Made by a program: the position numbers and the translations under genes. From an uncultured Chloroflexia bacterium (GTDB lineage: Bacteria > Chloroflexota > Anaerolineae > B4-G1 > SLSP01): a DNA stretch of 64,000 nucleotides. This document shows, one piece after another, positions 20,800-31,365 of this stretch (position 1 is its first letter; the number at the start of each line of letters is the position of its first letter). The notes beneath the pieces were generated by a model. That model did no database searches. It saw only the letters and a program-made list of their open reading frames with translations, and was not told where the DNA came from. Location of the stretch: the NCBI GenBank assembly GCA_963751345.1, contig CAVVUS010000030.1:64001-128000 (forward strand). Direction: 5' to 3'.

Positions 20800-20839
20800 G
20801 ATATATAAATATATAAGCACATATCTTCTAAAATGTCAA
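20800..20839 (-). promoter_or_regulatory. Putative sigma70 promoter of the paralog operon
   Basis: Perfect TTGACA on the minus strand (20839-20834) followed by an AT-rich TATATATTTATATA tract. The exact -10 register is ambiguous. Confidence 0.5.
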
Positions 20840-20862
20840 TCATGAGTAATCTGTTTCCGACC

Positions 20863-20891
20863 TTGCCATTAGAACGTTTGAACTATATAAT
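20863..20891 (+). promoter_or_regulatory. sigma70 promoter of the DinG gene with a LexA-like box in the spacer
   Basis: TTGCCA-17 bp-TATAAT. The spacer contains TAGAACGTTTGAACTA, 2 mismatches from TAGAAC-N4-GTTCTA. Confidence 0.65.
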
Positions 20892-20969
20892 GAGAGCACG
20901 CGCCCAACCGGGACAGGCTGTCCTGCCGTTGCGCGTAGCATCCATCGCAACAACTGACAAGGGGATCGC

Positions 20970-23579
20970 ATGGGAGCCTCAAAGCCCATTCGGCTCGGCC
21001 AAAGCGTAACCGATATCGCCGTTCGCGCCCAGGAGCGCCGCGCGCGAAAACTGATGCTGCAGGGAGATCTCGACGGTGCCATCGCGGTCTACCGTGAGAT
21101 CGTGGCTCTCGACCCGGACGGCAGCGGTGCCCACTATCAGCTTGGCCTCTGCTACCGCCAACGCCGGCAGTGGGATGAGGCCGCGGCAGCGCTGGCCCGA
21201 GCGCGCGATTTGGGCGAGACACGGGCCATCGGGCTGCTCCATGAGATGCGCCGGATGCTGCCGAACTCCCAACACCTACACGCCCCCGCCGACGATGAGA
21301 TGGCTCCAGCCGTGGTTGTGGGCGGCAAGATTCTTACGCAAAGCCCTCCGCCGGCCACGGCACCGGGGCCCGACGCTCCCCCCGACGAAGCCGAGGGAAG
21401 CCCGCGCGTCGCCGAATCGCCCGCGGTCTATGTAGTCGAAGAGCGCCGGTCGGCGGGATCCAGGGCCGACATTGAGATCGCCGGGCGCCCCATCGTGTGT
21501 CCCCCGGTGGCCTCCGTCTTTGCCCCCGGTGGGACGCTGGCAAATGCTCTTGGAGATCGCTTTCGGGCCCGCGCAGGCCAGGCCAAAATGGCCGACCTTG
21601 TGCGGGACGCCCTCCAGAACCGCCACCACGCCATCCTGGAAGCCGGAACGGGGATCGGCAAGTCGTTCGCTTACCTGGTCCCGGTGCTCTGGTCGGGCGC
21701 GCCCGCGGTCGTCAGCACGTCGAACAAGGGGCTGATGAACCAGCTCTGGGAACAGGATATTCCCCGGCTTCAGGAGATCGCCCCCCGCCCGACCAAGGCG
21801 GCATTGCTCAAGGGCAGGGGTAATTACGTCTGTGCGATGCACCTGGACCGCTTGCGCCAGCAGGTGGGCCTGCCGAACCAGAGGACGTGGCTCGCCCTGG
21901 TTGCTCGGGGACTGGAGACCGTGCCCACCGGCGACATGGAGACCATGCGCCTGCCTCCCGACCTCGTCGCACGGCTCGCCGTGGGGGGGCGGGAGTGCAG
22001 AGGCCATCACTGTCCGCAGTTCGACTCTTGCTTCTACGAGAATGCCAAGCGCGAAGCCGCGGAGGCAGACCTGGTGGTCACCAACCACGCGCTGCTCTGC
22101 TATAACGCACTCCTCGCCGACAACCATATCCTGCCGGTCCGCGCCGTCCTCATCATCGATGAGGCCCACCAACTGCCCCGCTACGCGGTCGAGGCCCTTA
22201 CAATGGCGCTGGGACACGACGAGTTCTGGGGTCTGGTCAACAGCCCACCCGTGCGATCGGCGCTCCCCGATGCCGACCTGCTCACCGAGGCACGAACCGC
22301 ATATGACGACTTCTTCGGTGCAGTCGAACGACAGCGACCGGGCGACACCCGGTCTGCCACGCGTCCGACACGTTGGCAACTCACGGGTGAAATCCAAACC
22401 GGCCTGGCGCTTTGGGATGTCCTGGAACAGCTCCGGCGCACCCTCACCCACGCTGCCCAGTTGGACGATGGGGACCGCGAGGCTGCATTGATGCAGACCG
22501 CGGAGGTCGCCGAGACGGTGCATGCCCTTTCGCTCCCCGAACCGGAAACCCACATCCGGCTCTGCGAGACGGAGGATGATACTTCGTTCGGTACACCCGG
22601 CGCCTTCCACGCGCTCTATCGCCCCTTGGAGGTGACGGATCCACTCAGGCGGATGCTCTTTGATACGTGGCCCCGCGTGATTTGCACCAGCGCGACGCTC
22701 GGCGTGAACAACGATCTGGGATGGTTCGGCCGGCAAATCGGGCTGGTCCCGAGTGACAACCACGCGTCCACTCGTGGCACCCGCCAGTCTTCTGGCGACA
22801 CCCACCAGTCCGCTGGCCGCACCCGTCAGTCCGTTCCTGGCACCCTCCAGTCTGCTGGCGGCACCCGCCAGTCTGCTGGAGGCACCCGCCAGTCCGCTGG
22901 CGGCGTGATCTTCCAAGCGCTCCCCGGCCCCTTTGACTACGCAAAACAGATGCTGCTCTACACCCCCGAGATCCTCATGCCCGTCTACGACGAAGAACGC
23001 CAGGCTTTTTCAGGGGACTACGTCGACGAACTCACCGCGGAGGTCGGGCGGCTCTTGGAGACCAGCCGGGGGCGAGCGCTGGTCCTGTGTACCAGTCGCA
23101 GACGCATGATGCAACTGTACGACACGTTGGCCCCATCGCTCAACCCTCGCTATCCCTGTTATCTACAGGGCGACGCTACCCAACCGGAGCTTGTAGCGCG
23201 GTTCAAGGAGGATGGCAACGCGATCCTGTTCGCCACCCGCGGGTTCTGGGAGGGGCTGGATATCCCCGGCGAGTCGCTGGCGCTGGTGATCCTGGACAAG
23301 ATCCCGTTCGTGCCGTACGACGATCCCGTCATACGGCGACAGGAGGAACGCATCCGTGCTCGTGGCGGCAATTCATTCTACGAGTTGCAGCTCGGCTCTG
23401 CGATTCTCAGCCTCCGCCAGGGAGCCGGGCGGCTGATCCGCTCCGAGACCGACCGCGGCGTCATTGCACTGTTGGATGCCCGCGTCCTGAGCAAGCGTTA
23501 CGGACAGCAGATCATCCGGTCGCTGCCGGAAGGCTGTCACACCACCGATTTCGCAGATGTGGCGGCGTTTCTGAGCTAG
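20970..23579 (+). CDS. dinG: DinG/YoaA-family ATP-dependent DNA helicase with an N-terminal TPR domain
   Basis: EAGTGIGKS, KGRGNYVC, Fe-S cysteines CRGHHCPQFDSC, DEAH, TSATL, FWEGLDIPG, QGAGRLIR. N-terminal TPR AHYQLGLCYRQRRQWDEA. Confidence 0.9.
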   Translation: MGASKPIRLGQSVTDIAVRAQERRARKLMLQGDLDGAIAVYREIVALDPDGSGAHYQLGLCYRQRRQWDEAAAALARARDLGETRAIGLLHEMRRMLPNSQHLHAPADDEMAPAVVVGGKILTQSPPPATAPGPDAPPDEAEGSPRVAESPAVYVVEERRSAGSRADIEIAGRPIVCPPVASVFAPGGTLANALGDRFRARAGQAKMADLVRDALQNRHHAILEAGTGIGKSFAYLVPVLWSGAPAVVSTSNKGLMNQLWEQDIPRLQEIAPRPTKAALLKGRGNYVCAMHLDRLRQQVGLPNQRTWLALVARGLETVPTGDMETMRLPPDLVARLAVGGRECRGHHCPQFDSCFYENAKREAAEADLVVTNHALLCYNALLADNHILPVRAVLIIDEAHQLPRYAVEALTMALGHDEFWGLVNSPPVRSALPDADLLTEARTAYDDFFGAVERQRPGDTRSATRPTRWQLTGEIQTGLALWDVLEQLRRTLTHAAQLDDGDREAALMQTAEVAETVHALSLPEPETHIRLCETEDDTSFGTPGAFHALYRPLEVTDPLRRMLFDTWPRVICTSATLGVNNDLGWFGRQIGLVPSDNHASTRGTRQSSGDTHQSAGRTRQSVPGTLQSAGGTRQSAGGTRQSAGGVIFQALPGPFDYAKQMLLYTPEILMPVYDEERQAFSGDYVDELTAEVGRLLETSRGRALVLCTSRRRMMQLYDTLAPSLNPRYPCYLQGDATQPELVARFKEDGNAILFATRGFWEGLDIPGESLALVILDKIPFVPYDDPVIRRQEERIRARGGNSFYELQLGSAILSLRQGAGRLIRSETDRGVIALLDARVLSKRYGQQIIRSLPEGCHTTDFADVAAFLS
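22776..22901 (+). repeat. 6 x 21-bp in-frame tandem repeat (GTRQSAG-like heptads) inside the DinG gene
   Basis: Degenerate copies of GGCACCCGCCAGTCTGCTGGC, directly visible. Confidence 0.95.
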
Positions 23580-23586
23580 GCAGCCG

Positions 23587-23632
23587 ATAACGACCACGGC
23601 CCGGTGCGCGCGCACCGGGCCGTGGTGGTTAT
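23587..23632. terminator. Long palindrome between convergent genes (34-bp perfect core, 23593-23626)
   Basis: ACCACGGCCCGGTGCGC/GCGCACCGGGCCGTGGT flanked by ATAAC...GTTAT. Confidence 0.7.
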
Positions 23633-23653
23633 AGAGAAGGTGAAATCGGCACT

Positions 23654-24754
23654 CTAACGATGTGCCAACTCGTGGCTCAGATCCAGATACAGCTTCACCG
23701 CCTCCGGTGGCGTCGTCCACGTGAACTCATTGCCGATGCGCATGAAGTACCCGCCGGTCATCTGTGACGTCTCCACCATGCTCTCCACCATCGCGCGAAT
23801 TTCCGCGGGGTTATTCCGCGCCAGGATGCGCGTGTCCCCCTCGCCCGTCAGATAGCAGTCCGGGTGCTTGCGAGCAATCGTCTTGTAGTCATTGTACGGC
23901 TCACCGAGCAGGCCGCGCGCGCCACAGGCGAAGACGTCATCCACATAAGCGTCCATACAGCCGTCGGAGATAAACGTAACCTCTTTGCCGGCATCTTTGA
24001 CGATGCCCCAGAACTCCTCGTACCGGGGGAAGATGTACTTGTGCATCCACTTAGGCGAGCAGACCGGCCCCCGTGTATTGACGATGTCATCGTGACAGTG
24101 CACAAAGTTCACGGGCAACCGCGCAAACGCACGAAACAATCGCCGGTTGAGCTCCGCAAACTCGTCCATGACCCGCTCGAACCGCGGATCGAGACAGGCT
24201 TGCATAAAGAGCTCCCACCCGAAGGTGAGCAGCGGCCACATAAACATCGTCTGGTATATGCCCACATGGGCCGGAGATCCCTCAGGGGCTTTGTCGCCCC
24301 ATTCGGCGGGATAATCCTTGCGGAAGTGCTGATAGAGCGTCTCCTCGCTGGTGAAGTCCCAGGTCGTGACGATGTAGCTATCCGTCCAATCCGGCTCCGC
24401 CAGCGGCGAAAAGGCAAAAACATCTTCGACAGTTTTGAACCTGGGGTCGCTGTCCCAGTGGTGGGTTACCCCATTCCCCCAGCGAACCACACGCCGCCCT
24501 TGCGCGTCCTCGCCGATGGTGTCCTGAGTCAACCCCAGGCCGGGACGCTCAACCGGGTCGTCGGTCTCGGGGATCTCGACGTTGAGTTTGGGATACATCT
24601 CCGCCAGTCGCTGACGGCACCGGCGAGGATGGTCGAAATAGTCGATGCCCGTGATGTAAGTCTCGGCTTGCGGGCAGCCCAGATACTCCCAATGCGGAAT
24701 GTCCTTGGGAGCGAGTCCCATTAATGCCTGGTAACAGATATCGTCGTATGCCAT
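23654..24754 (-). CDS. Uroporphyrinogen decarboxylase-family (URO-D/MtaA-like) protein
   Basis: C-terminal barrel pattern CHDDI...GPVCSP.W..KYIFPRY, FISDG, GEGDTRIL...EIRAMVE, GGYFMRIGN. Confidence 0.75.
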   Translation of the reverse strand: MAYDDICYQALMGLAPKDIPHWEYLGCPQAETYITGIDYFDHPRRCRQRLAEMYPKLNVEIPETDDPVERPGLGLTQDTIGEDAQGRRVVRWGNGVTHHWDSDPRFKTVEDVFAFSPLAEPDWTDSYIVTTWDFTSEETLYQHFRKDYPAEWGDKAPEGSPAHVGIYQTMFMWPLLTFGWELFMQACLDPRFERVMDEFAELNRRLFRAFARLPVNFVHCHDDIVNTRGPVCSPKWMHKYIFPRYEEFWGIVKDAGKEVTFISDGCMDAYVDDVFACGARGLLGEPYNDYKTIARKHPDCYLTGEGDTRILARNNPAEIRAMVESMVETSQMTGGYFMRIGNEFTWTTPPEAVKLYLDLSHELAHR

Positions 24755-24777
24755 GGAGTCCTCGATGTCTTGCGGAA

Positions 24778-24838
24778 ACCTTGCGAGGGTTAGGACGGTG
24801 CCCGTCTACGACGGCGCGTCACTAACCCTCGCAAGGGT
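24778..24838. repeat. REP-like inverted repeat (CCTTGCGAGGGTTAG ... CTAACCCTCGCAAGG)
   Basis: Visible arms between two co-directional genes; each arm is itself a small hairpin. Confidence 0.65.
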
Positions 24839-24850
24839 AGCGTGATATTG

Positions 24851-27086
24851 TTATCCTTCCGCGATGATCCGATCCACAACCAACTGCCGGAACTCAGGCG
24901 ACAACCGGTTGAAGTACGCGCTGAATCCCGTCACCCGCACGATCAGATCGGGATAGAGTGAGGGATCCTCGTGCGCGGCGAGGACCTGCTCCTTGTTCAG
25001 GATGTTCATGTTGATCTGCGTGCCACCGAGCTCAAAGTGCGTCTTGATGAGCTCCACCACATTCTCGACGCCATCTTCGTCGCGGACCAGGCCCGGGTCG
25101 AGGTCGATCTGCATAGGTGCCGAGTTGCCCCATCCGGGGTTGACGTCGGCAATGGCGACGGCCATGGCCGAGGGGGCGCCGTCCTTCCGGAAGCCAGGGT
25201 CGGGGTTCGCACCGTGCGAGATAGGAGCCCCCGCAAGCCGCCCGTTGGGGGTCGCTTTCAGACCCCTCCCGAGACCGATTGTGTTGGCCCACGAGAAGAG
25301 CCCGGGGATCATGTTGTGCCCATTGGGGGTCGGCCCTGCTTTAACGTACGAGCTGAAGGTATCCTCGATGCGCTTGGCCCAACTATCGCCAAGCGAGCTT
25401 CCACTACCGAACCGGGGGATGGACTTCATCATCAGCCGGATGCGCTCGCCCTCAGGGCCCTCATAGTTGGTATCAATCGCGTGCTTGATCTCCGCCCAGG
25501 TCAAGCGCTGCTCCTGCTCCACGCGCTGCTCCAGCGCTGCGAAAGAGTCCGCCACGGTGGCCAACGCGGCCCCGTCCACGCAGAGGTTCATGTACTCGAC
25601 ACCGCCGTGGGAGGCGTCCACGGCGTTCTCGATCGGCCCGTAGCAAAGCAGATCGAGCACCAGCTCCGGGAAGACCTCGTGCATATGCTCGACTTGGAAG
25701 TCGAGGCTTTGGGCGATCACCTCAACGGCCCGGTGAAGGTGCTGCTGATAGAGCTCCCACAGGCGGGCGATCAGAGGGTTCCCCGTCTTCAGCATAGAGA
25801 TCCTCGAAGGCGGTCTGGAAGACCGCGCCGAAGTTAATCTTGACGCAGTCATTGAGCGTGTACTCACGTCCCGGCAGTGCGCACCAGTGACAACCCGAAT
25901 AAGCCCGCTGGGTTGCCAGCTCCATCGGATAGCCATTTCTGGCAAATCCCTTTGCGAAGTTATCGATGCCCAGGAACTTCGGCACACCGATCTTGTCCTC
26001 GAACATGATCTCAACGCCACGCCGCAACAGGGCGGGATCGACATCCGCGCCGACGGAGACTGCGACGTTGCAAGGAATGCGCAGCCAGTGCGCGGCCTCC
26101 AGCGTCAGGAAGGAGACCTTGTTCGTCACATCCTTGATCATACCGTCCGGACCACCCAAATGAATGTAGGCGGTATCTCGCAGCAAGAGGCAGGCAATGT
26201 GAAAGGTAGCTTCCTCATCCGTCAGGATGCCCGCGGCCATATCGCGCTCGTAATAGGGCTGAAGGATAAGGTCAAGCTTGCCCAGCGAGCCGCTGCCGTT
26301 GTACATGCGCGCTGCCATCTGGTACCAGACCATCCACTGGCAGGCCTCGCGGAAAGTCTGCGGCGGCTCTGCCACAAGCCGTTCATTGATCTCGGCAATC
26401 GTGAGAAGGTTCGCCCGCATCTGGGGGCGCACTTCAGTCTCCGCCATCTCGCGAGCCATCGCAGCGTTGCGAGAGATCCAGTCCTGCATCCCCAACGCGA
26501 TTGCCTCCAAACCATCGTAGAAGTCCTGAGCTTCCTGGGAGGTGTTGACCTCGCGATACTGATGGATCTTGTCGAGGATGCCGCCCCAGCCCAACTCCAG
26601 GCCCAGGGTGAGATCCTGACAGAAGTGCTGGGGCGCACCGATCCCCCCGATCAACTGGTACTTCTTCCAATCAACAAGAAGGTCGCTGAAATCCAGTTCC
26701 GGCTTCCACCCGCCCTTGCGGTACGATCCAAAGTTGGTCATATAGGCCCCGGCCAGAGAGCTCATCGGATCGACAAAAGCGGGGTGGCTCTTCAGAAGCG
26801 ATGCGTAGTTCTCACCGCAGGCCTTGGGGCCGAAGAATCCGCCATTGGGATGGTTGCTGGTGATCTCGACGCCGTCCAGTATCACGTCGGTGATCGGCAC
26901 GCCCGACCCGCTGATAGCCTGAACGACTTTTCGCCGGTCCTCAGGAGGTAGAATAAACGCCAGATCATCGCTATTGAGACACCCGGTCATCTCCTGTTTT
27001 TCGTTATTCGACTTCTGCTTGGCTTCCCGGAGCGCGTCAATACGCTGCTGGTAAGTGAGCGTTTCGGCCATAATCCTTGTTGCCAT
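24851..27086 (-). CDS. Glycyl radical enzyme (pyruvate formate-lyase family); frameshift near 25780
   Basis: C-terminal LIVRVTGFSAYF glycyl loop, ATPNGRLAGAPISHG, PPQTFREACQ, and Cys loop YSGCHW. Confidence 0.9.
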
Positions 27087-27228
27087 TTTGCATTGTCTCC
27101 TTTGATGGATCCGTTTGGCACCAAATCGATGCTAACAACATAACGAGTGACAAACAACGATCGAGACGCCGTCATCTGCATTGGCGCTCCGAGCCCGTCG
27201 TTGCCCGTCACTCGTCAATCGTCACCCC

Positions 27229-28203
27229 TCACTTCCCCTTCTTGACCTCAATCCCATATCCGCGCGCGATATCTCGCAGTTCATCCATATAGGCGAGACT
27301 CGGTGCCTCCAGATTGCTTGCCTCGTAAGCGAGCCCCAGGCTGCGATACTTGTCCGCTGCCAGACGATGGAAACGCAGCAGATCCAGCTCCGGTGGCGGT
27401 GCCGGGACGGCGTCGCCCTGGGCCTCGCGTTTGTCCGCCAGGTGACGCACGAATGCGGCGATCTCGCCAATCGCTTCCGGCGTATCGTTGACCGTGGGAA
27501 TGACGGGCGTGCGGAACCAGACCGGCTTGTCGGTGGTCATCAGTCCCTCAGCGATTTTCAGGATGCGCTCGTTGGACACGCCGGTGACCTCGCGATGCAC
27601 CTCCGGGTCCATGAGCTTGATGTCCATCATCACCAGGTCGATCAACGGCAGCAGCTCTTCAAGATCGGCCCATCGATAGTTGCCACAGGTCTCAATGGCC
27701 GTGTGCAGCCCTTCCGCTTTGGCGCGTTCAAGGAGTGCCTTGGTGAATGCCTTCTGAAGCAGAGGTTCTCCTCCGGAGAGGGACATACCACCGCCGGAGT
27801 TCTGGTAAAACGCCCGGTCGGCCAGAACCTCCTTCATAACATCCTCGACGGTCATCGTCTCTCCGGTCAGTTCCAAAGCGCCGGAGAAACAGTTATCGAC
27901 GCACGCGCCGCACATCGTGCAGTTATCGCGCACATAGATTCGGACGTCGTCTTCCAGAACCTGCGCCCCATACTCACATGCATCAACACACGCGCCGCAG
28001 CCGATGCACCGTTCGGGATAGAACTGGATCTCCGGCTTGGAGCGAATCCCCTCGGGATTGTGACACCAGAAACAGTGAAGCGAGCATCCCTTCAGGAAGA
28101 CGGTCGTTCGGATGCCGGGCCCATCGTGGACCGAGAACCGCTGGATGTTGAAGACAATACCTTCCACCGCATCCCTATCCACAACCCCCGGTGCATCCGC
28201 CAC
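27229..28203 (-). CDS. Glycyl-radical enzyme activating protein (radical SAM with ferredoxin insert)
   Basis: IQRFSVHDGPGIRTTVFLKGCSLHCFWCHNPE, two CxxCxxCxxxC motifs, SGGEP, HTAIETCG. Start may lie slightly upstream. Confidence 0.92.
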   Translation of the reverse strand: MADAPGVVDRDAVEGIVFNIQRFSVHDGPGIRTTVFLKGCSLHCFWCHNPEGIRSKPEIQFYPERCIGCGACVDACEYGAQVLEDDVRIYVRDNCTMCGACVDNCFSGALELTGETMTVEDVMKEVLADRAFYQNSGGGMSLSGGEPLLQKAFTKALLERAKAEGLHTAIETCGNYRWADLEELLPLIDLVMMDIKLMDPEVHREVTGVSNERILKIAEGLMTTDKPVWFRTPVIPTVNDTPEAIGEIAAFVRHLADKREAQGDAVPAPPPELDLLRFHRLAADKYRSLGLAYEASNLEAPSLAYMDELRDIARGYGIEVKKGK

Positions 28204-28372
28204 AAGCGCCTTCGACCTTCGTATCGGAACTCAAATCTCAACCTCCTCCCCAATGCTTGTCTTTTTTCGTCTCAATACCGTTCACGGACACGGCTCTGTG
28301 GGTAGTATAAGACAATGCAAGGGACTCGTCCACCATGAATACACCGGCAATTGCCGGGGTTGTGACACACTT

Positions 28373-28401
28373 AGGGGGCGCTGCACATAGCAGCGCCCCC
28401 C
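28373..28401. terminator. Hairpin downstream of the ABC solute-binding protein gene
   Basis: AGGGGGCGCTGC-ACATA-GCAGCGCCCCCT. Confidence 0.55.
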
Positions 28402-28500
28402 TTCCTCAGAGCCTGTCAGGAATGATCGAGGCCCATCCTGGTGCGTCGTGGCGTGATGCCCGATCTTATCCTCCTGACGGAAGTCTGCGTTCGGAAGGCA

Positions 28501-30271
28501 CTATGCCTGCCGTGACGCCAGCCACTCAGCGTGAGGGCCGGCTTCCCATTCGGCGAGCTTGGCCTTCGCCCGTGCCAACTGATCGGAGAACGTCGCCTCA
28601 TTCTCGGAAATCCAGGTATCCAACTGCTCCTGGAAGACGGCCTTGACCTCCTGGCGCCCGGCGTCATCGAGCGCCTTCTTGTACGCTGCGATGCCGGTTG
28701 CGGGATCCAGCTGACCAGCGCTGAGGGGCAACACCGCCTCCTTGGCGGCCGCATCCATCTGAGCCAGCTCCGTCTCGACGACCTTACGGTCGGGCTCGTA
28801 GAGCTCGAGCGGGTTGGGCAGATGGTACTCAGGATTGGTGATGTACTCCAGCATCGCGAGGAACTCGTCGGAGGCATCGCGCGGGCACGCGCTCGAAGCG
28901 ACCGGGCACACCGGCAACATACCAGCGGCGGCGGTAGTTCGTCGTGCCGTCGACGTCGGGGAGGTCCTCATATCGAAGGTCGGGCAGCTTCTTGTAGTTG
29001 ACGCCATCGATGCCGAAGAGCCAGATGTCGATGTTGTCCTGGTCCGCCAGCAGCCAGTCAAAGAACTCGAGTCCGGACTTGGTGTCTTCCAGGGCGCTGT
29101 TAGCATTGAAGACCTGGAAGTTCCACTGTCTGAAGACGGCAAAGGCGATGCTGCCGCCCTGGCGGAACTGACCCTCGTCGAACCCGGCCACTTTGCCCTC
29201 AGGCACATAGGTTTGGAGGGCCGGCTGGATCTGCAGCCGGGCCTTGAGAATCGCCTCATTGTAGGTAATCGCCGCGCACTTGCCGGGGTTGAAGAACTCG
29301 TCGAAAGCGTTGACCTCCAGCAGAGAGAGCATGTCCTTGTTGACGTAGCCCTTCTCATTCCACTGCCGTGCACGCTCGGTCTGCGCGCGGAAGCTGTCCT
29401 CGTCCTCGGTATCGGAATAGGTCAGCTTGTCGTGAAGGAGATCCTCGACCTGACCACCGATCATCGCGCTGCCGGGATTGTAGCCGTATTTCGCCGGATA
29501 CTGCTCGGGCTGGTACCAGCTCCACGGTGCGCCGCCCAGGTAGAAGGTGTTGAATGTGGGATCCGCACCGAAGGGGATCATGCCAGGCTCGTTGTTCTTG
29601 ACCTCCTCCAGGAAGGCCTCGAGCTCGTCCATGGTCTTGAGAGGGTACATCCCATACTTCTCGGCGAGGTCCTGCCGGTAGACGACGTGACCGGCTGAAT
29701 GGGACGCGACATAGTACCCGGTCGGCAGACCGTACAGATGGCCGAGCATATAGTTGTACTCGACCACCTCAGGCGTGATCGCATCGACGATGTTCTGATA
29801 GTCGCCGATCAGGTCGTCCAGGGGGCGCAGATAGCCCTGGTCGCGGAGCGCGTTCATATTCTTCCAGGGGGCATCGAACGCGAAGGTAAAGTCGGCGCCA
29901 CTTGCATAGAGCAGCGGGTACTCATTGGTGGGGTCGTCCAGCAGCAGCACCTGCAGCTCCAGATTCACGCCCTCACTCTGCATCTTCTCCGACAGCGCTT
30001 TGGCGATGGGATCGATCGTCTCCCGGTACTGCGGCACGCCGAATCCGGCGGAGTCCACATAGGTGATCATCTTGGGCCCTTCAGGTGCGGGCACGGCGGT
30101 GACGACCTTCTCAACCTCAACCGTCGTCTCAACCTCGACGGTTTTCTCAACCTCCACCGTCTGTTCGACGGTCTGAACGATGGTCTCGGGTGTAGCACAG
30201 CCGGCCAGGACACCGGCACTGGCCAGCCCCATCAGGCGCAACATTTCACGTCGCGAGAGCTTCATAGCCAT
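28501..30271 (-). CDS. Carbohydrate ABC transporter solute-binding lipoprotein (Tat signal; DUF3502-like C-terminus); frameshift near 28880
   Basis: SRREMLRL twin-arginine motif plus LAGC lipobox, VEKTVEVE linker, YRQDLAEKYG, FGIDGVNY. Confidence 0.85.
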
Positions 30272-30413
30272 CTAGATTCCTCCTCTTGCATCACTTGAAT
30301 CAACTCGGATAGGGAGCAGGTCCACAATTCTGTCAGCGCCAAATGGTCATCGATTTTCCAGGTGAGCTGTGGTTCCTCCTTTCCTTTTCCTTCGTATCTC
30401 TTACGTCCGGGAT

Positions 30414-31307
30414 CTATCCCTTGATGGATCCTACGGTCAGCCCCTTGATGAAATACCGTTGTACGAAAGGATAAAACAGGATGACCGGGCCGATGGTGAC
30501 GACGACAATAGCCATACGGATGGACTTGGCGGGAATCTGCGCAGAGCTCAGGGCAAGGGTGTTGCCCCCTTCCATCGCCATGGCCTGTCGAATAGCGCGA
30601 ATGCTGTTGATGATGCGCAGGATGATCACCTGAAGGGGCCGAAAGTGGGCGAAGTCAAGGAGGATCACGCCGTGCCACCAGTCGTTCCAATAGGCTACCG
30701 CTACGAATAACGCAGTTGTCGCCAACACGGGCAGCGACAGGGGCAGCACAATCCGGGCGAGGATGGTCCAATCCGAAGCCCCATCGATAATCGCGGACTC
30801 CATGATCTCGCCGGGCAAGCTGTTGAAGTAGTTCCGCAGGATGAAGATCCACCACGGATTGATCAACATCGGGACGATCAGCGCCCAGATGTTATCGTAG
30901 AGTCCCACCATCCGGCACGTGATAAACCACGGGATCAGGCCGCCCGAGAAAATCATCGTGAAGTAGACGTAGAACGAGAGCGGGTTCCGCAGCTTGAATT
31001 TCTTGACGGACAGAGCGTAGGCCACGCCGCACATCAATGTCACACTGAGGAACGTGCCCACAACCGTGACAAAGGTCGAGACTTGGTAGCCGACCAACAC
31101 CTGTTTGCCGCCCAACACCCACTTGTAGGCCTCAATCGATAGCTTTCGCGGCCACAGGGAATACCCGTCCAATTGCAGGACCTGCTGATCCGTGAACGAC
31201 GAGATCACCAGAAGGTAGAAAGGCAGAAAACAGAACAAAGTGAACAACGCCACTACCGTGTAGTTGAATCCGGCAAACAACTTGTCACCCAGATTGCCAC
31301 GCCTCAT
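30414..31307 (-). CDS. Carbohydrate ABC transporter permease
   Basis: EAA loop EIMESAIIDGAS, FSGGLIP, YWNDWW, YFIKGLTVGSIKG. Confidence 0.92.
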   Translation of the reverse strand: MRRGNLGDKLFAGFNYTVVALFTLFCFLPFYLLVISSFTDQQVLQLDGYSLWPRKLSIEAYKWVLGGKQVLVGYQVSTFVTVVGTFLSVTLMCGVAYALSVKKFKLRNPLSFYVYFTMIFSGGLIPWFITCRMVGLYDNIWALIVPMLINPWWIFILRNYFNSLPGEIMESAIIDGASDWTILARIVLPLSLPVLATTALFVAVAYWNDWWHGVILLDFAHFRPLQVIILRIINSIRAIRQAMAMEGGNTLALSSAQIPAKSIRMAIVVVTIGPVILFYPFVQRYFIKGLTVGSIKG

Positions 31308-31365
31308 ACACACCTCGCCAAGGACGTCAGAAGTCCGCCACAAGAGATCGACATCGCCGGATTAC

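Noticed and set aside
1761-22901. 18-bp and 21-bp repeats as CRISPR arrays
   Set aside because: They are head-to-tail in-frame repeats with no unique spacers, and there are no cas genes.
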